In this document: positions 14,973 through 25,273 of the stretch, one piece after another
Numbering within the stretch: position 1 is the first letter of the stretch
How the letters are laid out: every line of letters begins with the position of its first letter
The notes under the pieces: model-generated
What the model saw: the letters and a program-made list of their open reading frames with translations, nothing else
Told to the model about the DNA's origin: nothing
Databases searched by the model: none
Position numbers and translations under genes: made by a program
Source: an uncultured Prevotellaceae bacterium
Lineage (GTDB): Bacteria > Bacteroidota > Bacteroidia > Bacteroidales > Bacteroidaceae
Direction: 5' to 3'
DNA: 64,000 bases
Assembly (NCBI GenBank): GCA_902778535.1
Contig: CACYYG010000003.1
Coordinates: 13,345-77,344 of the forward strand

Positions 14973-17600
14973 ATGGTTCGGATACTGTTCATCGTCCTTC
15001 TCGTTGCCCTTGGCGTCGACAGCCATGCCGCCACGTACTATTCGGTCAATTTCGACCGCAAGACGGAGGCTGCCATGGCCTCCACCTATGCCTTGGAGGT
15101 AGCCACAGAGGCCCTGAACAACGAGTCCGTCCAGAAAATCCTCGACCATTACACCAGTGCCGAGGTCGCCACGGCCGGCATCTTCGCCTCCAAGTGGTTT
15201 GACCGCAAGGCGCTCACCAACGTAGGGCCTTTCGGCACGTCCCAGGAGAACTACTACTATGCCCGCATCCGTCGTCTCGTGGTGGACTGCATCCGTCCGA
15301 AGATTTGGAGTGTCGGCAGTCTGATGGTCAAGCACCCCGACAAGGCTCTCTATTGGGGGCCGTACCTCTATAAGACCTGTAACGAGGTCGTCCAGCTGTG
15401 CATGCAGTTCGAGACCATCGTCACCAACGGCAGGCTCACTTTTGAGGACATCGCCGCACAGGGAGCGTTCCTTGTCATCGGTGACGACCTGAAAGTCCTC
15501 TTCGACCTTGCCAAGCTCGGCGAGGTGGACTGGTCAGCTGTCTGGGACCATCTAGTGGACTTCGGTAGCGGTCTGACGAAGGAAGACCTGAAGGAAGACC
15601 TCGACAACCTCCTCAATGCCGGTACTGCCATAGCGGGAGCTGGTGCAGCCGTCCTCGACTCCACCTGGACGAATGCCAGCAAGATAGGCACGGTGTTCCA
15701 CCAGAAGCCGCGTGAGATTATCCGACTGTACTATGAGTTCCGTGACCTCTATGAGACCTTCTCTGACCCCAATGCCATCAAGGACCTCGTGATGGCCCAG
15801 CTCCTCTCCACTGACAGCACGGGTGTTGCCCGTCTGTTTACTACAGACGGCTATCATGTCACGAGCTACGTCAGTGACTATATCAAGGAGATGCAGGGGC
15901 AGTACTATACCCAGCGGTGGTATATCTACTCCCGTGACAGCGGCAGCCGGAAGCTCTGCGACTACAACCCCACGCCACAGTCCGACTATGATGACAGTTG
16001 GCCTGAGTGGAGCCATTTCATCAGTCCACGGGATAACGAGTATTGCCACAAAATGTCAAGGTCCGAAATAGAGACGTGCAGAGCACGCTCCGAGTCGTAT
16101 GCCGGTTGGAGTCAGGCACGTGTCAATGAGTATAACGCATCCAACGGCCACAATGCCTATATCAGCTACCAGCTGAAGCATGAAGACCGCCGTGAGAGCT
16201 ATAAGAACAGTGTATTCGGCAGCAGACATCACAAGCGCCACTGCTTCTATGCCTATGCCATCCAGGTCTGGGATGTCTGGGACTTGCAGGATGTTGTCTA
16301 TGAAGAGGTCTTTGACAGCCAGACGATGGATCCGAATGCTTTCCGCAAGATGATGGAGGCAAAGCTGCTGGAGTACAACAGCCGTGGTGAGGATGATGCA
16401 AATCCCAAGACCTACTATATCGGCATGGACGAAAAGCGTTACTACCAGGCTGCTGATGAGAAGAAGCTCAACGGCTGTGTCAGCGTCAGCTTCACGCTGA
16501 ACTGCCATGACGGAGCCAAGCTCGGCGAAGGCTGCTTTCAGTGGAAGGAGAACGGTGACCAGTACCACTGCCTCAATGAAGACTCTAAGCGTTTCGCTAT
16601 GCAGTCCTCCCTCTCCAGTGGCCCTGACACTGGTGACATCGACGCAGAGATCAGCACGTGGGCAAGCACCGTCACCGACCTTCAGAACCAGATCAATGTG
16701 TTGGAGGCCGAGAACCGTGAGCTGCTGGCAGAGATCAGCAGGGTCAGCGTCGAGGAAGCCGTGGAGCTGCGGGCACGGTATAATGAGAACCTGTCACGTA
16801 TCAACACGCTGCGCACACAGCTCACCACTGCCCAGCGGGAGCTGAACCGTCTGCAGCAGGGCAAGAGTGACATGCTCAACGACTACTACGACGAGGAGGA
16901 CGGCTCCTACCGTATTCCTGCCCTGATGCATGACCTGGAGGGAGCGTACAGCATCGAGTGGTCTGATGCAGGCTCCTGGGACGGCTATACCTTCACCCGG
17001 AAGGGCTATGTGCGTGGCATGAACGGCTCCGTCACCCTGACATGCCGTCTGAAAAAGGTGCGCGGCGAGTCTTGGCTCATCAATTTCTGGGGAGTCCGTC
17101 TCATCCGTATCCACCGTGCCATCCTCGGTGTCGATTGGGAGCTGACAGCCGAGTATTCCTCCTCCGATGTCGTGGACATCATGGAGCTTGCCCCGAACCT
17201 TTCTGACAGTGAGAAGGCCGATGCCGTCAACCGGCGTATGCAGGAGATTCTTCAGGAATATCCCTCGTGCAGCGTTGATGTGGACTATGCCTATTCCGTC
17301 CCTCCCGAGACGGCCGATGATGATGACTCCTATCACCTGCTTTGGGTGTCCGACCGTTTGCGCATTGCCCGTCAGGTGGACTACCGACTGTCGCGCATCT
17401 ATGCCGAGCTGCTCCTGCTGGAGAAGTTCATGTACAGCCGTCAGTCCCTGCTGGACTACCTGAAAGCTGAGGTGTTTGGCGGTCTTGCCGGTGATGTCCG
17501 TAATGTCACCCTCCGTAACAGCTTACGTCACTGGCGTAACAGTGGCCGTCGTGCCTGGAGCGGTGACGGTGCCTATCTGGAGGAAGATGAAACCCCGTAA
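14973..17600 (+). CDS. Secreted 875-aa conjugation-associated protein with a coiled-coil segment
   Basis: Signal peptide (…DSHA), heptad-rich region near 16640-16870, position between traG and traJ. Confidence 0.7.
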   Translation: MVRILFIVLLVALGVDSHAATYYSVNFDRKTEAAMASTYALEVATEALNNESVQKILDHYTSAEVATAGIFASKWFDRKALTNVGPFGTSQENYYYARIRRLVVDCIRPKIWSVGSLMVKHPDKALYWGPYLYKTCNEVVQLCMQFETIVTNGRLTFEDIAAQGAFLVIGDDLKVLFDLAKLGEVDWSAVWDHLVDFGSGLTKEDLKEDLDNLLNAGTAIAGAGAAVLDSTWTNASKIGTVFHQKPREIIRLYYEFRDLYETFSDPNAIKDLVMAQLLSTDSTGVARLFTTDGYHVTSYVSDYIKEMQGQYYTQRWYIYSRDSGSRKLCDYNPTPQSDYDDSWPEWSHFISPRDNEYCHKMSRSEIETCRARSESYAGWSQARVNEYNASNGHNAYISYQLKHEDRRESYKNSVFGSRHHKRHCFYAYAIQVWDVWDLQDVVYEEVFDSQTMDPNAFRKMMEAKLLEYNSRGEDDANPKTYYIGMDEKRYYQAADEKKLNGCVSVSFTLNCHDGAKLGEGCFQWKENGDQYHCLNEDSKRFAMQSSLSSGPDTGDIDAEISTWASTVTDLQNQINVLEAENRELLAEISRVSVEEAVELRARYNENLSRINTLRTQLTTAQRELNRLQQGKSDMLNDYYDEEDGSYRIPALMHDLEGAYSIEWSDAGSWDGYTFTRKGYVRGMNGSVTLTCRLKKVRGESWLINFWGVRLIRIHRAILGVDWELTAEYSSSDVVDIMELAPNLSDSEKADAVNRRMQEILQEYPSCSVDVDYAYSVPPETADDDDSYHLLWVSDRLRIARQVDYRLSRIYAELLLLEKFMYSRQSLLDYLKAEVFGGLAGDVRNVTLRNSLRHWRNSGRRAWSGDGAYLEEDETP

Positions 17601-17605
17601 ATGTA

Positions 17606-18367
17606 ATGATGATGAATAACAGATATATGATTTTCAAGCGGTTGATGGCTTTTCTGCTGTTGCTTGTGCCCGAGGTGGCCCAGGCGCAGTGGGCCTTTGA
17701 TGTCGGCACGGTCGAGGCGATGGTCGCCGACCACAAGCGTATCCGTTCCGTCCTTATCGCCCGCAGCACCGTGGAGCAGGCCAACCAGTTGCTCCATGAT
17801 GCCAGCAAGGATGCGAATGTAGGATACAAGGAACTGAATGTCGACCTTGACAAGTACACCCGCTGCTTCGACCTCATCGACCTCATCCTACAGGGCACGT
17901 CCACTGTCTTCGCCGTCAGGAACACCATCTCTGACGTGTCCGACAAGGTTGGCAAGTACCGGGACTTGCTGCAGACCTATAGTGACAAGTGCCTGCTCAA
18001 GGGTGATGTCGTGTCCAGCGACACCATTATCATCGGTATCAGCCAGCGGACGATAGCGCGTATCGTCGACGATGCAGATGACCTCGTGGACTCGTTCCAG
18101 GACCTCCTGGCCATCTATGCCGTCGGAGCTGCCACCGACGCCCCGGAGAGCAAGACCGTGATGATGATTGGTGTGCTGCGGGCCATCAACGGCAGCCTGG
18201 AAGACATACGGCTGTCTGTCAATGCCGCCTATATCGACCTCTGGAAGTATATCCGTGTCCGTACCACCTACTGGAAGGATGCCATCTACCAGGCCAGGAG
18301 TCTCACGGAGATTGCCAATGATGCCTTCAGCCGCTGGAAGGTGGCTGCTGATGTTTTTGACTATTAG
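17606..18367 (+). CDS. Secreted helical conjugation protein (TraI/VirB5-like position)
   Basis: Signal peptide (AQA-Q), predicted all-helical, within the tra operon. Confidence 0.6.
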   Translation: MMMNNRYMIFKRLMAFLLLLVPEVAQAQWAFDVGTVEAMVADHKRIRSVLIARSTVEQANQLLHDASKDANVGYKELNVDLDKYTRCFDLIDLILQGTSTVFAVRNTISDVSDKVGKYRDLLQTYSDKCLLKGDVVSSDTIIIGISQRTIARIVDDADDLVDSFQDLLAIYAVGAATDAPESKTVMMIGVLRAINGSLEDIRLSVNAAYIDLWKYIRVRTTYWKDAIYQARSLTEIANDAFSRWKVAADVFDY

Positions 18368-18383
18368 AGAAAGGAGAACGACT

Positions 18384-19109
18384 ATGAATACTATATCCAA
18401 GATGATGGCTGCCCTGCTGCTGATGGCCGTGACGGTGCCTGTCACTGCCCAGACGTACAACCATGACGCATCCGTCTACAACCAGTTCCTCGTCGGTGAG
18501 ACCGGCGGCGGCTCCCTCACGCCCCAGCTTTATTATGATGCCACCCACAACAGTTACCAGAAGTGGGCCTACATGGAGAACAAGAATTTGTTCCGTGGCC
18601 AGCTCACCCTTGTCCTGGAGCGCGAGAAGCCGATGGCCGAGCAGATAGACTCCGCCCTGACGTACCGTGCGAAGATCGAGGCCATGAATGTCACCGACCG
18701 CACGCCCAAGGCCCTCGACTTGGCATGGCAGGCAGAGAAGGGTAAGATTGAGAAGAAGTTCCAGTTGTTCCGCGAGAACATCAACAAGATCACGATGAAG
18801 GGCGGGACGTCGCAGGACTATCGTGACTGGCTGGAGATATACAACTGCCTCCAGACGGCGCTGCAGGCCGTCCGTGATGCCTACATGCCGCTCAATGAGC
18901 GTAAGAAGCAGTATCTGGAGATCTACCATGACATCGTGCTGCGTAACAACCAGCTCGTCCAGTTCATCACTTCCCGTTCCTACGGCAAGGAGGCCGATGA
19001 GTTGCTGCGCAGTAAGGTCAGTCCCCGTTATGTGCGTCTCAGCGGCTACACCTCCGATGCCATGGGGCGCTGGAAGGTGGCGATGGCTGCCGGTGTCGTT
19101 GGAGAATAG
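18384..19109 (+). CDS. Secreted conjugation protein (DUF5045-like)
   Basis: True start MNTISK at 18384; signal peptide (VTA-Q); directly upstream of traJ. Family label is from recall only. Confidence 0.6.
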   Translation: MNTISKMMAALLLMAVTVPVTAQTYNHDASVYNQFLVGETGGGSLTPQLYYDATHNSYQKWAYMENKNLFRGQLTLVLEREKPMAEQIDSALTYRAKIEAMNVTDRTPKALDLAWQAEKGKIEKKFQLFRENINKITMKGGTSQDYRDWLEIYNCLQTALQAVRDAYMPLNERKKQYLEIYHDIVLRNNQLVQFITSRSYGKEADELLRSKVSPRYVRLSGYTSDAMGRWKVAMAAGVVGE

Positions 19110-19130
19110 TAACGAATAAACGATTTACAT

Positions 19131-20264
19131 ATGTCAGTATCAGGATTACTACTACAGGCCGGTGGCGGCCTTGTCGATGCCCTTGACAGCATCAGCAGCA
19201 ACGTGGGTGTTGAGCTGTTCGAGGAGGAGATCGATGACGTCATCTTCCAGACTAATGAGTTCCTCACCGATGCCACCTTCACGGGTGACAACGGCCCGTT
19301 CTGGTGGATATTACAGATGAGCATGTGCCTCGGTGCCCTCTTTGCCATCATCATGGCGGCCGGCATGGCCTACAAGATGATGGTGAAGGGCGAGACCTTC
19401 GACCCCCTGAAGATCGTCAGGGTGTTGGGTATCGCCTTGGTCATGACACTATGGTATGGTGACTTTAGCGTCCTCGACGGTCTCGCCTATATCCCCAACT
19501 GCATCGGTTCCTACACCCATGACCTCTATGAAGCGGAGGCGGCGCAGGTGCAGGACAGGTATGCCCAGCTCATGCCTCTCATCGTGCAGCGTGACTCCCT
19601 GACGCGTAATGCCCAGGGCGAGATCAATGCCGCCGCCAACAGCGTCAGCGGCAATGGTGTCCAGGAGTCCGTCAGCGAGGGCATGGGGCTGGAGGCTGCC
19701 ACCAGCTCCACCGTGTCGGCAGAGAAGGCCAAGACGATGACGCTCTATGCGGGCCTGATGGTCTTCTTGGACAAGATCATCATGTTCATTGCCCTTGTCG
19801 CCTTCCGTATCGGCTGGTGGGGCACCATCTACTGCCAGCAGATACTGCTGGGTATGCTCACCATCTTCGGTCCCATCCAGTGGGCCTTCTCACTGCTCCC
19901 GAAGTGGGAGGGTGCCTGGGCGAAGTGGATAACGAGGTATCTCACCGTGCATTTCTACGGCGCGATGCTTTACTTCGTGGGGTTCTATGTCCTGCTGCTC
20001 TTCGACATCGTGCTCAGCGTGCAGTATGAGAACCTCACCGCTATCTTAGAGACCCAGCAGACCTTCAACGGCTATCTGCAGAACACCATCATGACGGCAG
20101 GCTACCTCCTCGTGGCGAGCATTGTAGCCCTGAAGTGCCTGAACCTCGTCCCCGACCTTGCCGCGTGGATGATTCCCGAGGGTGACACCGCCTTCTCCAC
20201 CCGTAATTTCGGTGAGGGTGTTGCCAGTCAGGCAAAGGCCAGTGCCACCTCCATTATACGATAA
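19131..20264 (+). CDS. traJ: TraJ (VirB6-like polytopic membrane protein)
   Basis: Multiple TM helices; LTIFGPIQWAFSLLPKWEGAWAKWITRY is TraJ-like; upstream of traK. Confidence 0.85.
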   Translation: MSVSGLLLQAGGGLVDALDSISSNVGVELFEEEIDDVIFQTNEFLTDATFTGDNGPFWWILQMSMCLGALFAIIMAAGMAYKMMVKGETFDPLKIVRVLGIALVMTLWYGDFSVLDGLAYIPNCIGSYTHDLYEAEAAQVQDRYAQLMPLIVQRDSLTRNAQGEINAAANSVSGNGVQESVSEGMGLEAATSSTVSAEKAKTMTLYAGLMVFLDKIIMFIALVAFRIGWWGTIYCQQILLGMLTIFGPIQWAFSLLPKWEGAWAKWITRYLTVHFYGAMLYFVGFYVLLLFDIVLSVQYENLTAILETQQTFNGYLQNTIMTAGYLLVASIVALKCLNLVPDLAAWMIPEGDTAFSTRNFGEGVASQAKASATSIIR

Positions 20265-20281
20265 TCAAACAATATTTCGAT

Positions 20282-20896
20282 ATGGTAATCAAGAATCTGG
20301 AAAACAAAATCAAGCTGGTGCTTATCATTTGCTGCCTGTTCCTTACCGGCTGCGTTGTCATCAGCGTGTCGAGTCTCTTTGTCGCCAAGGGCATGGTCGA
20401 TGATGCTCAGAAGAAGATCTACGTCCTTGACGGCACCGTCCCCGTTCTCGTGCAGCGCACGACGATGGATGAGACGCTGGACGTCGAGGCGAAGAGCCAT
20501 GTGGAGCTGTTCCACCATCTCTTCTTCACCCTCGCCCCTGATGACAAGTACATCAATTACACGATGGAGAAGGCCATGTACCTCGTCGACGAGTCCGGTC
20601 TGGCGCAGTACAACACCCTGAAGGAACGCGGTCTGTTCCAGAACATCATCGGCACGAGCAGTGTCTTCAGTATCTTCTGTGACAGCATCGCCCTGAACAC
20701 GGAGGAGATGACCTTCACCTACTATGGCCGGCAGCGCATAGAGCGCAGGACGAACATCCTCTACCGTGAGATTGTCACCACGGGCGGCCTGAAGCGTGTC
20801 CCCAGGACAGAGAATAACCCTCACGGTCTGATGATTGTCAACTGGCGCACCATCCTCAACAAGGACATCGAGCAGCGCAAGAAGAGTGATTTCTAA
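20282..20896 (+). CDS. traK: TraK (VirB8-like)
   Basis: HVELFHHLFFTLAPD and RTENNPHGLMI motifs. Confidence 0.95.
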   Translation: MVIKNLENKIKLVLIICCLFLTGCVVISVSSLFVAKGMVDDAQKKIYVLDGTVPVLVQRTTMDETLDVEAKSHVELFHHLFFTLAPDDKYINYTMEKAMYLVDESGLAQYNTLKERGLFQNIIGTSSVFSIFCDSIALNTEEMTFTYYGRQRIERRTNILYREIVTTGGLKRVPRTENNPHGLMIVNWRTILNKDIEQRKKSDF

Positions 20897-20913
20897 TGAT
20901 GGAGGAGTGAGCT

Positions 20914-21243
20914 ATGGGATTCAAGAAGTTTTTCCTGGGTGAGCCGATGCCCGACAAGAACGATCCGAAGTACCGGGAGCGCTATGAGCGTGAGGTGGCT
21001 GCCGGCCGCCGGTTCGCCGATGCCGTCGGCATCAGCTGGCTGGCGCGTAAGATACATACGGCCGCCTGTCATAACAAGACCCTGTTCCTTGTCGTCGCCT
21101 TCGGCATCGTCCTCGCCTGTTTCACCTTCAATGTCGTCACGATGGTGAAGGTGTTCAACCGCAGCAACAGCAAGGGCAGCAATGCCGTTGAGCAGGTGGA
21201 CAGGGCCATGCAGCACCGTAACGGTGATGCTCCAGTACAATAA
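20914..21243 (+). CDS. traL: TraL-like small membrane protein
   Basis: Single TM, located between traK and traM. Confidence 0.6.
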   Translation: MGFKKFFLGEPMPDKNDPKYRERYEREVAAGRRFADAVGISWLARKIHTAACHNKTLFLVVAFGIVLACFTFNVVTMVKVFNRSNSKGSNAVEQVDRAMQHRNGDAPVQ

Positions 21244-21265
21244 TGGAAATAAAACAACTAACGAT

Positions 21266-22489
21266 ATGAAAAAGATTAATTTCAAGCAGAGCAAGTATAT
21301 ACTGCCTATAGGCGTATACCTCCTTGCGTTGTTCATCGGCTATCAGGTCATCCGTCTCTTCACCATCGAGGTTGAGGACAAGGGTGACGCCAGTCTTGTC
21401 ACCACCGACTATCTCAATGGTGAGCTTCCTTCCGCCAATGTCAGTGACCGTCTGGGCAGCAAGCGTGAGAACATGCAGCACAGCTTCGGCTATATCACCG
21501 ACAACAGTGCAGTAGAGAATATCGTCGATGATACCGACAGTCTACGTCGCAAGGAAGACTACAGCACGCAGTATACCGATGAGGAGCGGGCCGCCTTGGA
21601 GCGTCAGGCTAAGGAGGCTGAGGATCGCAAGCGTTACGAGGAGCTGCAGGCTCGTCTTCAGGGGGGTGACCGTCAAGGGCCTCCCATGGGAGCCGGTGAC
21701 TTCGTGCTGCCGATGAGTGATGAGGAGCGTGAGCATGCCCTCCAGAGCCGTCGCAGCCGTGAGATGGAGGAAATGGAGGCTGCCTTGGGTCTCGCCCGTT
21801 CGCAGGGTCGTGGCCGTCTTGCCAGTCCGGATGATGTCCTGCCCGCAGACACCGTGACGGACGATGACGATGATGTTGTCGGTCAGGCCGATGCCGTCGC
21901 CGTCCTCGATGACGATGCTGAGAGCCAGACCGTCGTCAAGAAGCGTGCCGACACCAGTGACTATTTCAACACCCTCAGTGAGAACGCTCCTGAGTCACAT
22001 CTCATCAAGGCCATCATTGATGAGGAGGTGAAGGCTACCGAAGGCAGTCGTGTGCGCCTACGTCTGCTCGATGATATTGAGGTCGGTGACATCCCCATGA
22101 AGAAAGGCAGCTACCTCTATGCCACGATGAGCGGCTTCAGCAAGCAGCGTGCCAAGGGCAAGGTGGAGAGCATCATGGTCGGTGACGAGCTGTTTAAGGT
22201 TGGCCTGACCATCTTCGACACCGATGGTCTCGAAGGTCTTTATGTCCCTGGCTCTCAGTTTATGGAAACCGTCAAGGACGTGGGCGGTTCTGCCATGCAG
22301 ACCAATATGAATCTCAATGACGGCGGCAGCAACGGCAACAATGTCGAGCAGTGGGCGATGCAGGGCCTCCAGAATGCCTATCGGCGCACCTCCAATGCCA
22401 TCAGCAAGGCCATCAAGAAGAACCGTGTCCGTCTGAAATACGGCACACAGGTCTATCTTGTTAATAGTAAGGACAAGAAGAAGCGTTAG
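21266..22489 (+). CDS. traM: TraM (VirB10-like)
   Basis: IKAIIDEE...GSRVRLRLL...FDTDGLEGLYVP; start MKKINF at 21266. Confidence 0.9.
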   Translation: MKKINFKQSKYILPIGVYLLALFIGYQVIRLFTIEVEDKGDASLVTTDYLNGELPSANVSDRLGSKRENMQHSFGYITDNSAVENIVDDTDSLRRKEDYSTQYTDEERAALERQAKEAEDRKRYEELQARLQGGDRQGPPMGAGDFVLPMSDEEREHALQSRRSREMEEMEAALGLARSQGRGRLASPDDVLPADTVTDDDDDVVGQADAVAVLDDDAESQTVVKKRADTSDYFNTLSENAPESHLIKAIIDEEVKATEGSRVRLRLLDDIEVGDIPMKKGSYLYATMSGFSKQRAKGKVESIMVGDELFKVGLTIFDTDGLEGLYVPGSQFMETVKDVGGSAMQTNMNLNDGGSNGNNVEQWAMQGLQNAYRRTSNAISKAIKKNRVRLKYGTQVYLVNSKDKKKR

Positions 22490-22542
22490 CTATTTTTCCA
22501 TATACCGATATAATTAAATAATTCAATAATAAAATAATTATT

Positions 22543-23397
22543 ATGCGAGTCAAGAGAACAACCTTTTGTGGCGCGATGCTCCTGTGCGCCCTGCTGGTGT
22601 CAGGCACGCTGTCTGCCCAGCAAACCTACAATGAGATGGAGCAGCTCACTGTCAATGAGCATGTCACCACCGTCATCACCTCCCCAGAGCCTGTGCGTCT
22701 GGTGGACATCTCCACCGGCCTCGTGGCGGGTGACAAGCCCATCGAGAATGTCATCCGTCTGAAGCCCAAGGAGGGCGGCCATGAGGATGGTGAGGTGCTG
22801 GCCATCGTTACCGTCGTCGGTGAGCGCTACCGTGCGCAGTATGCCCTTGTCTATACGACGCGCCTGGAGGAAGCCGTCACCGACAAGGAGGTGCTTCTTA
22901 CCGAGCAGACCGCCTTCCATAACCCTGCCGTCAGCATGAGTACCGAGGAGATGGTACGTTTCGCCCGCCGTATCTGGAACAGCCCTGCCAAGTACCGTAA
23001 TGTCTGTTCCAGGCACCGTAAGATGGTGATGCGCCTGAACAACATCTATTCCGTGGGTGAGTATTTCTTCATCGATTTCAGCGTGGAGAACAAGACCAGC
23101 CTTCGCTTCGACATTGACGAGCTGCGCTTCAAGCTCGCCGACAAGAAGCAGCAGAAGGCCACCAATGTGCAGATGGTCGAGCTGGAGCCGGTCCTGCTCC
23201 TCGACAGGAGTGCCAGCTTCCGTCATGGCTACCGCAATGTCGCCGTCCTGAAGAAGATGACATTCCCCGGTGACAAGGTGCTGAGTATCGAGCTGAATGA
23301 GAAACAGATCAGCGGCCGCACCATCACGATGACCATCGACTATGAGGATGTCCTTGCTGCTGACAGTTTCGATGCCTTGCTTTTAAAGGAAGAGTAA
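22543..23397 (+). CDS. traN: TraN (DUF4138, VirB9-like)
   Basis: Signal peptide; TTVITSPEPVRLVDIS...NVIRLKP; KMTFPGDKVLSIELNEKQISGR. Confidence 0.9.
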   Translation: MRVKRTTFCGAMLLCALLVSGTLSAQQTYNEMEQLTVNEHVTTVITSPEPVRLVDISTGLVAGDKPIENVIRLKPKEGGHEDGEVLAIVTVVGERYRAQYALVYTTRLEEAVTDKEVLLTEQTAFHNPAVSMSTEEMVRFARRIWNSPAKYRNVCSRHRKMVMRLNNIYSVGEYFFIDFSVENKTSLRFDIDELRFKLADKKQQKATNVQMVELEPVLLLDRSASFRHGYRNVAVLKKMTFPGDKVLSIELNEKQISGRTITMTIDYEDVLAADSFDALLLKEE

Positions 23398-23413
23398 CCA
23401 AAATCTGTGAGCC

Positions 23414-23941
23414 ATGAACAAAGTATATCATCAAGTGTTCTTCGGATTGGCACTGCTTGTCCTTTCCGTCTGTTCCGTCCTGCCCGTGCGTGCCCAGGGC
23501 AGTAACCAGGACCGTCTGATGCTCAGTGTCGGTGCCCTCTATGAGCGTGGCTTCGATGCCACCGTCGCGTGGGAGCATGAGACCAAGTACCACCATGCCT
23601 GGGAGTATTTCGCCACTGGCTACCTGAAGTACTGTGACGACCCCGATGCGGGTCATGTCACCACGAAGTCCTTCTGGGACAGCTATAACACCTGGCATGT
23701 CGGCATCGCCTACAAGCCCTGTGTCAGCCGCGGCCGCAACCACCACGGCAATGCCCGTCTTGGCATCAGCGGCGGCAGTGACCGCCACCGTTTCGTCGGC
23801 GGCATCCATGTCGGCTATGAGCACAGCTATGCGCTGAAGCAGGGCTGGCAGCTCTTCTTTCAGGTGAAGGAGGATGTCATCATCAAGGGTGACGACCTCT
23901 TCCGTACCGGCGTTGCCGTCGGTGTCAAAGTACCTCTGTAA
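23414..23941 (+). CDS. traO: TraO-like outer-membrane beta-barrel
   Basis: Signal peptide, alternating aromatic beta-strands, follows traN. Confidence 0.65.
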   Translation: MNKVYHQVFFGLALLVLSVCSVLPVRAQGSNQDRLMLSVGALYERGFDATVAWEHETKYHHAWEYFATGYLKYCDDPDAGHVTTKSFWDSYNTWHVGIAYKPCVSRGRNHHGNARLGISGGSDRHRFVGGIHVGYEHSYALKQGWQLFFQVKEDVIIKGDDLFRTGVAVGVKVPL

Positions 23942-23965
23942 TCACACATTTACATTATTATACCT

Positions 23966-24643
23966 ATGAAAAAGATGTTTATAATACCATTGATGGCGCC
24001 CCTGTGCCTGTTGTCTGCCTCTTGTGATGAGCATGAGGCCATAGACCTTGACGTGCATACGGGCTATATCCTCTGTGATGACGGTCAGGTTCTTGATGAG
24101 GATACCTATTTCGCCCAGGATAAGCGAAAGGCCGTCGCCGTCGTCTTCGCTCCACAGACGGAGGAGCATCCCGTGCTCGCCGTCCTGCTGGACGAGATCT
24201 CACCCGTCGCCTTCTGTGACACGCTGGGCATGGAGCAGGGTACCAGCTGTGACGAGTCCGCCTTTGACGGCTATGCGAACACCACGGCCATGCAGAACAG
24301 CCGTGACCAGCGTACCGGCAAAGGCTCCCCTCTGGCTGATGAAGCCTTCACCTATCATTATTTCTGGCAGAGCGACTATATCCCGAGTGTCGCGGAGATG
24401 GGGCTGCTGTTCATTGCCAAGGAGCATGTCAATCCCATCATCGTGCGTTGTGGCGGTACCCCGCTCAGCATCGATGCCGACGGTGGCGGCTGCTGGTACT
24501 GGACAAGTACTGAGGTGGAGCCGAACAAGGACAACCAGGCATGGCTCTTCTCCATGAGTGACGGCAGCCGCCATAAGACTCCCAAGACTAATACTTACCG
24601 TGCGCGTGCCATTGTCGAGTATAATCCGTTGAACATATATTGA
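23966..24643 (+). CDS. Lipoprotein with DUF1566/Lcl-like C-terminal domain
   Basis: Lipobox LSAS-C followed by acidic DEHE; YIPSVAEM and WYWTSTE motifs. Confidence 0.7.
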   Translation: MKKMFIIPLMAPLCLLSASCDEHEAIDLDVHTGYILCDDGQVLDEDTYFAQDKRKAVAVVFAPQTEEHPVLAVLLDEISPVAFCDTLGMEQGTSCDESAFDGYANTTAMQNSRDQRTGKGSPLADEAFTYHYFWQSDYIPSVAEMGLLFIAKEHVNPIIVRCGGTPLSIDADGGGCWYWTSTEVEPNKDNQAWLFSMSDGSRHKTPKTNTYRARAIVEYNPLNIY

Positions 24644-24658
24644 AGAAAGGATATTGCC

Positions 24659-25273
24659 ATGGGTTGGGGAAAGACATTGGGAAAGAACCTCGTCCGGGGC
24701 ACCGGCTTCGGGCTGAGGCACACCAAGGGCGCCTTGGTCGTCGGAGGTGTCGGCTACGGCATCTATTCGGGACAGGGCGCGTTGAACACCTGGGGCGACT
24801 GGGCCTTGGGAAAGGACAGGATGGACCAGCTGAAGAAGGACGGCGTGGCTCCTGTCATCGGTGATGCCCTCCTGGGTGAGGGCGGTACGGACAAGGCCGT
24901 CGAGAAGGGCAAGGACCTCATCAGCGGTGTCGGTGATGCCCTCGGAGGTGTCAGGGAGGGAGCGTCAGGCCTTTTCGGCGGTCTCGGCAACCTCGTCAGT
25001 GGCATCTTTGGCGGCGGCACCAGCAGCCTTGTCGGCCTTATCGCTGCGGGGATGATGCTCTTCGGCAATTTCGGCTGGATGGGTAAGATTGTCTGCGGCC
25101 TTATCGCTGCCATGTCCTTCGGGCTCTTCGGCGGTCAGCAGTCATCACAGGCCCAGCAGCTTGCCGCTGCTCCCCTGCGGGGGCAGGACGGTGGCCGTCA
25201 GCAGTCTTTGCTGCCTGAGACGGAAGGAGATGATGAAGAAAACGGACAAGTAATCTACAGACCAAGGAGATGA
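24659..25273 (+). CDS. Gly-rich membrane protein of unknown function
   Basis: ORF with backbone codon bias; hydrophobic Gly-rich helices. Confidence 0.65.
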   Translation: MGWGKTLGKNLVRGTGFGLRHTKGALVVGGVGYGIYSGQGALNTWGDWALGKDRMDQLKKDGVAPVIGDALLGEGGTDKAVEKGKDLISGVGDALGGVREGASGLFGGLGNLVSGIFGGGTSSLVGLIAAGMMLFGNFGWMGKIVCGLIAAMSFGLFGGQQSSQAQQLAAAPLRGQDGGRQQSLLPETEGDDEENGQVIYRPRR

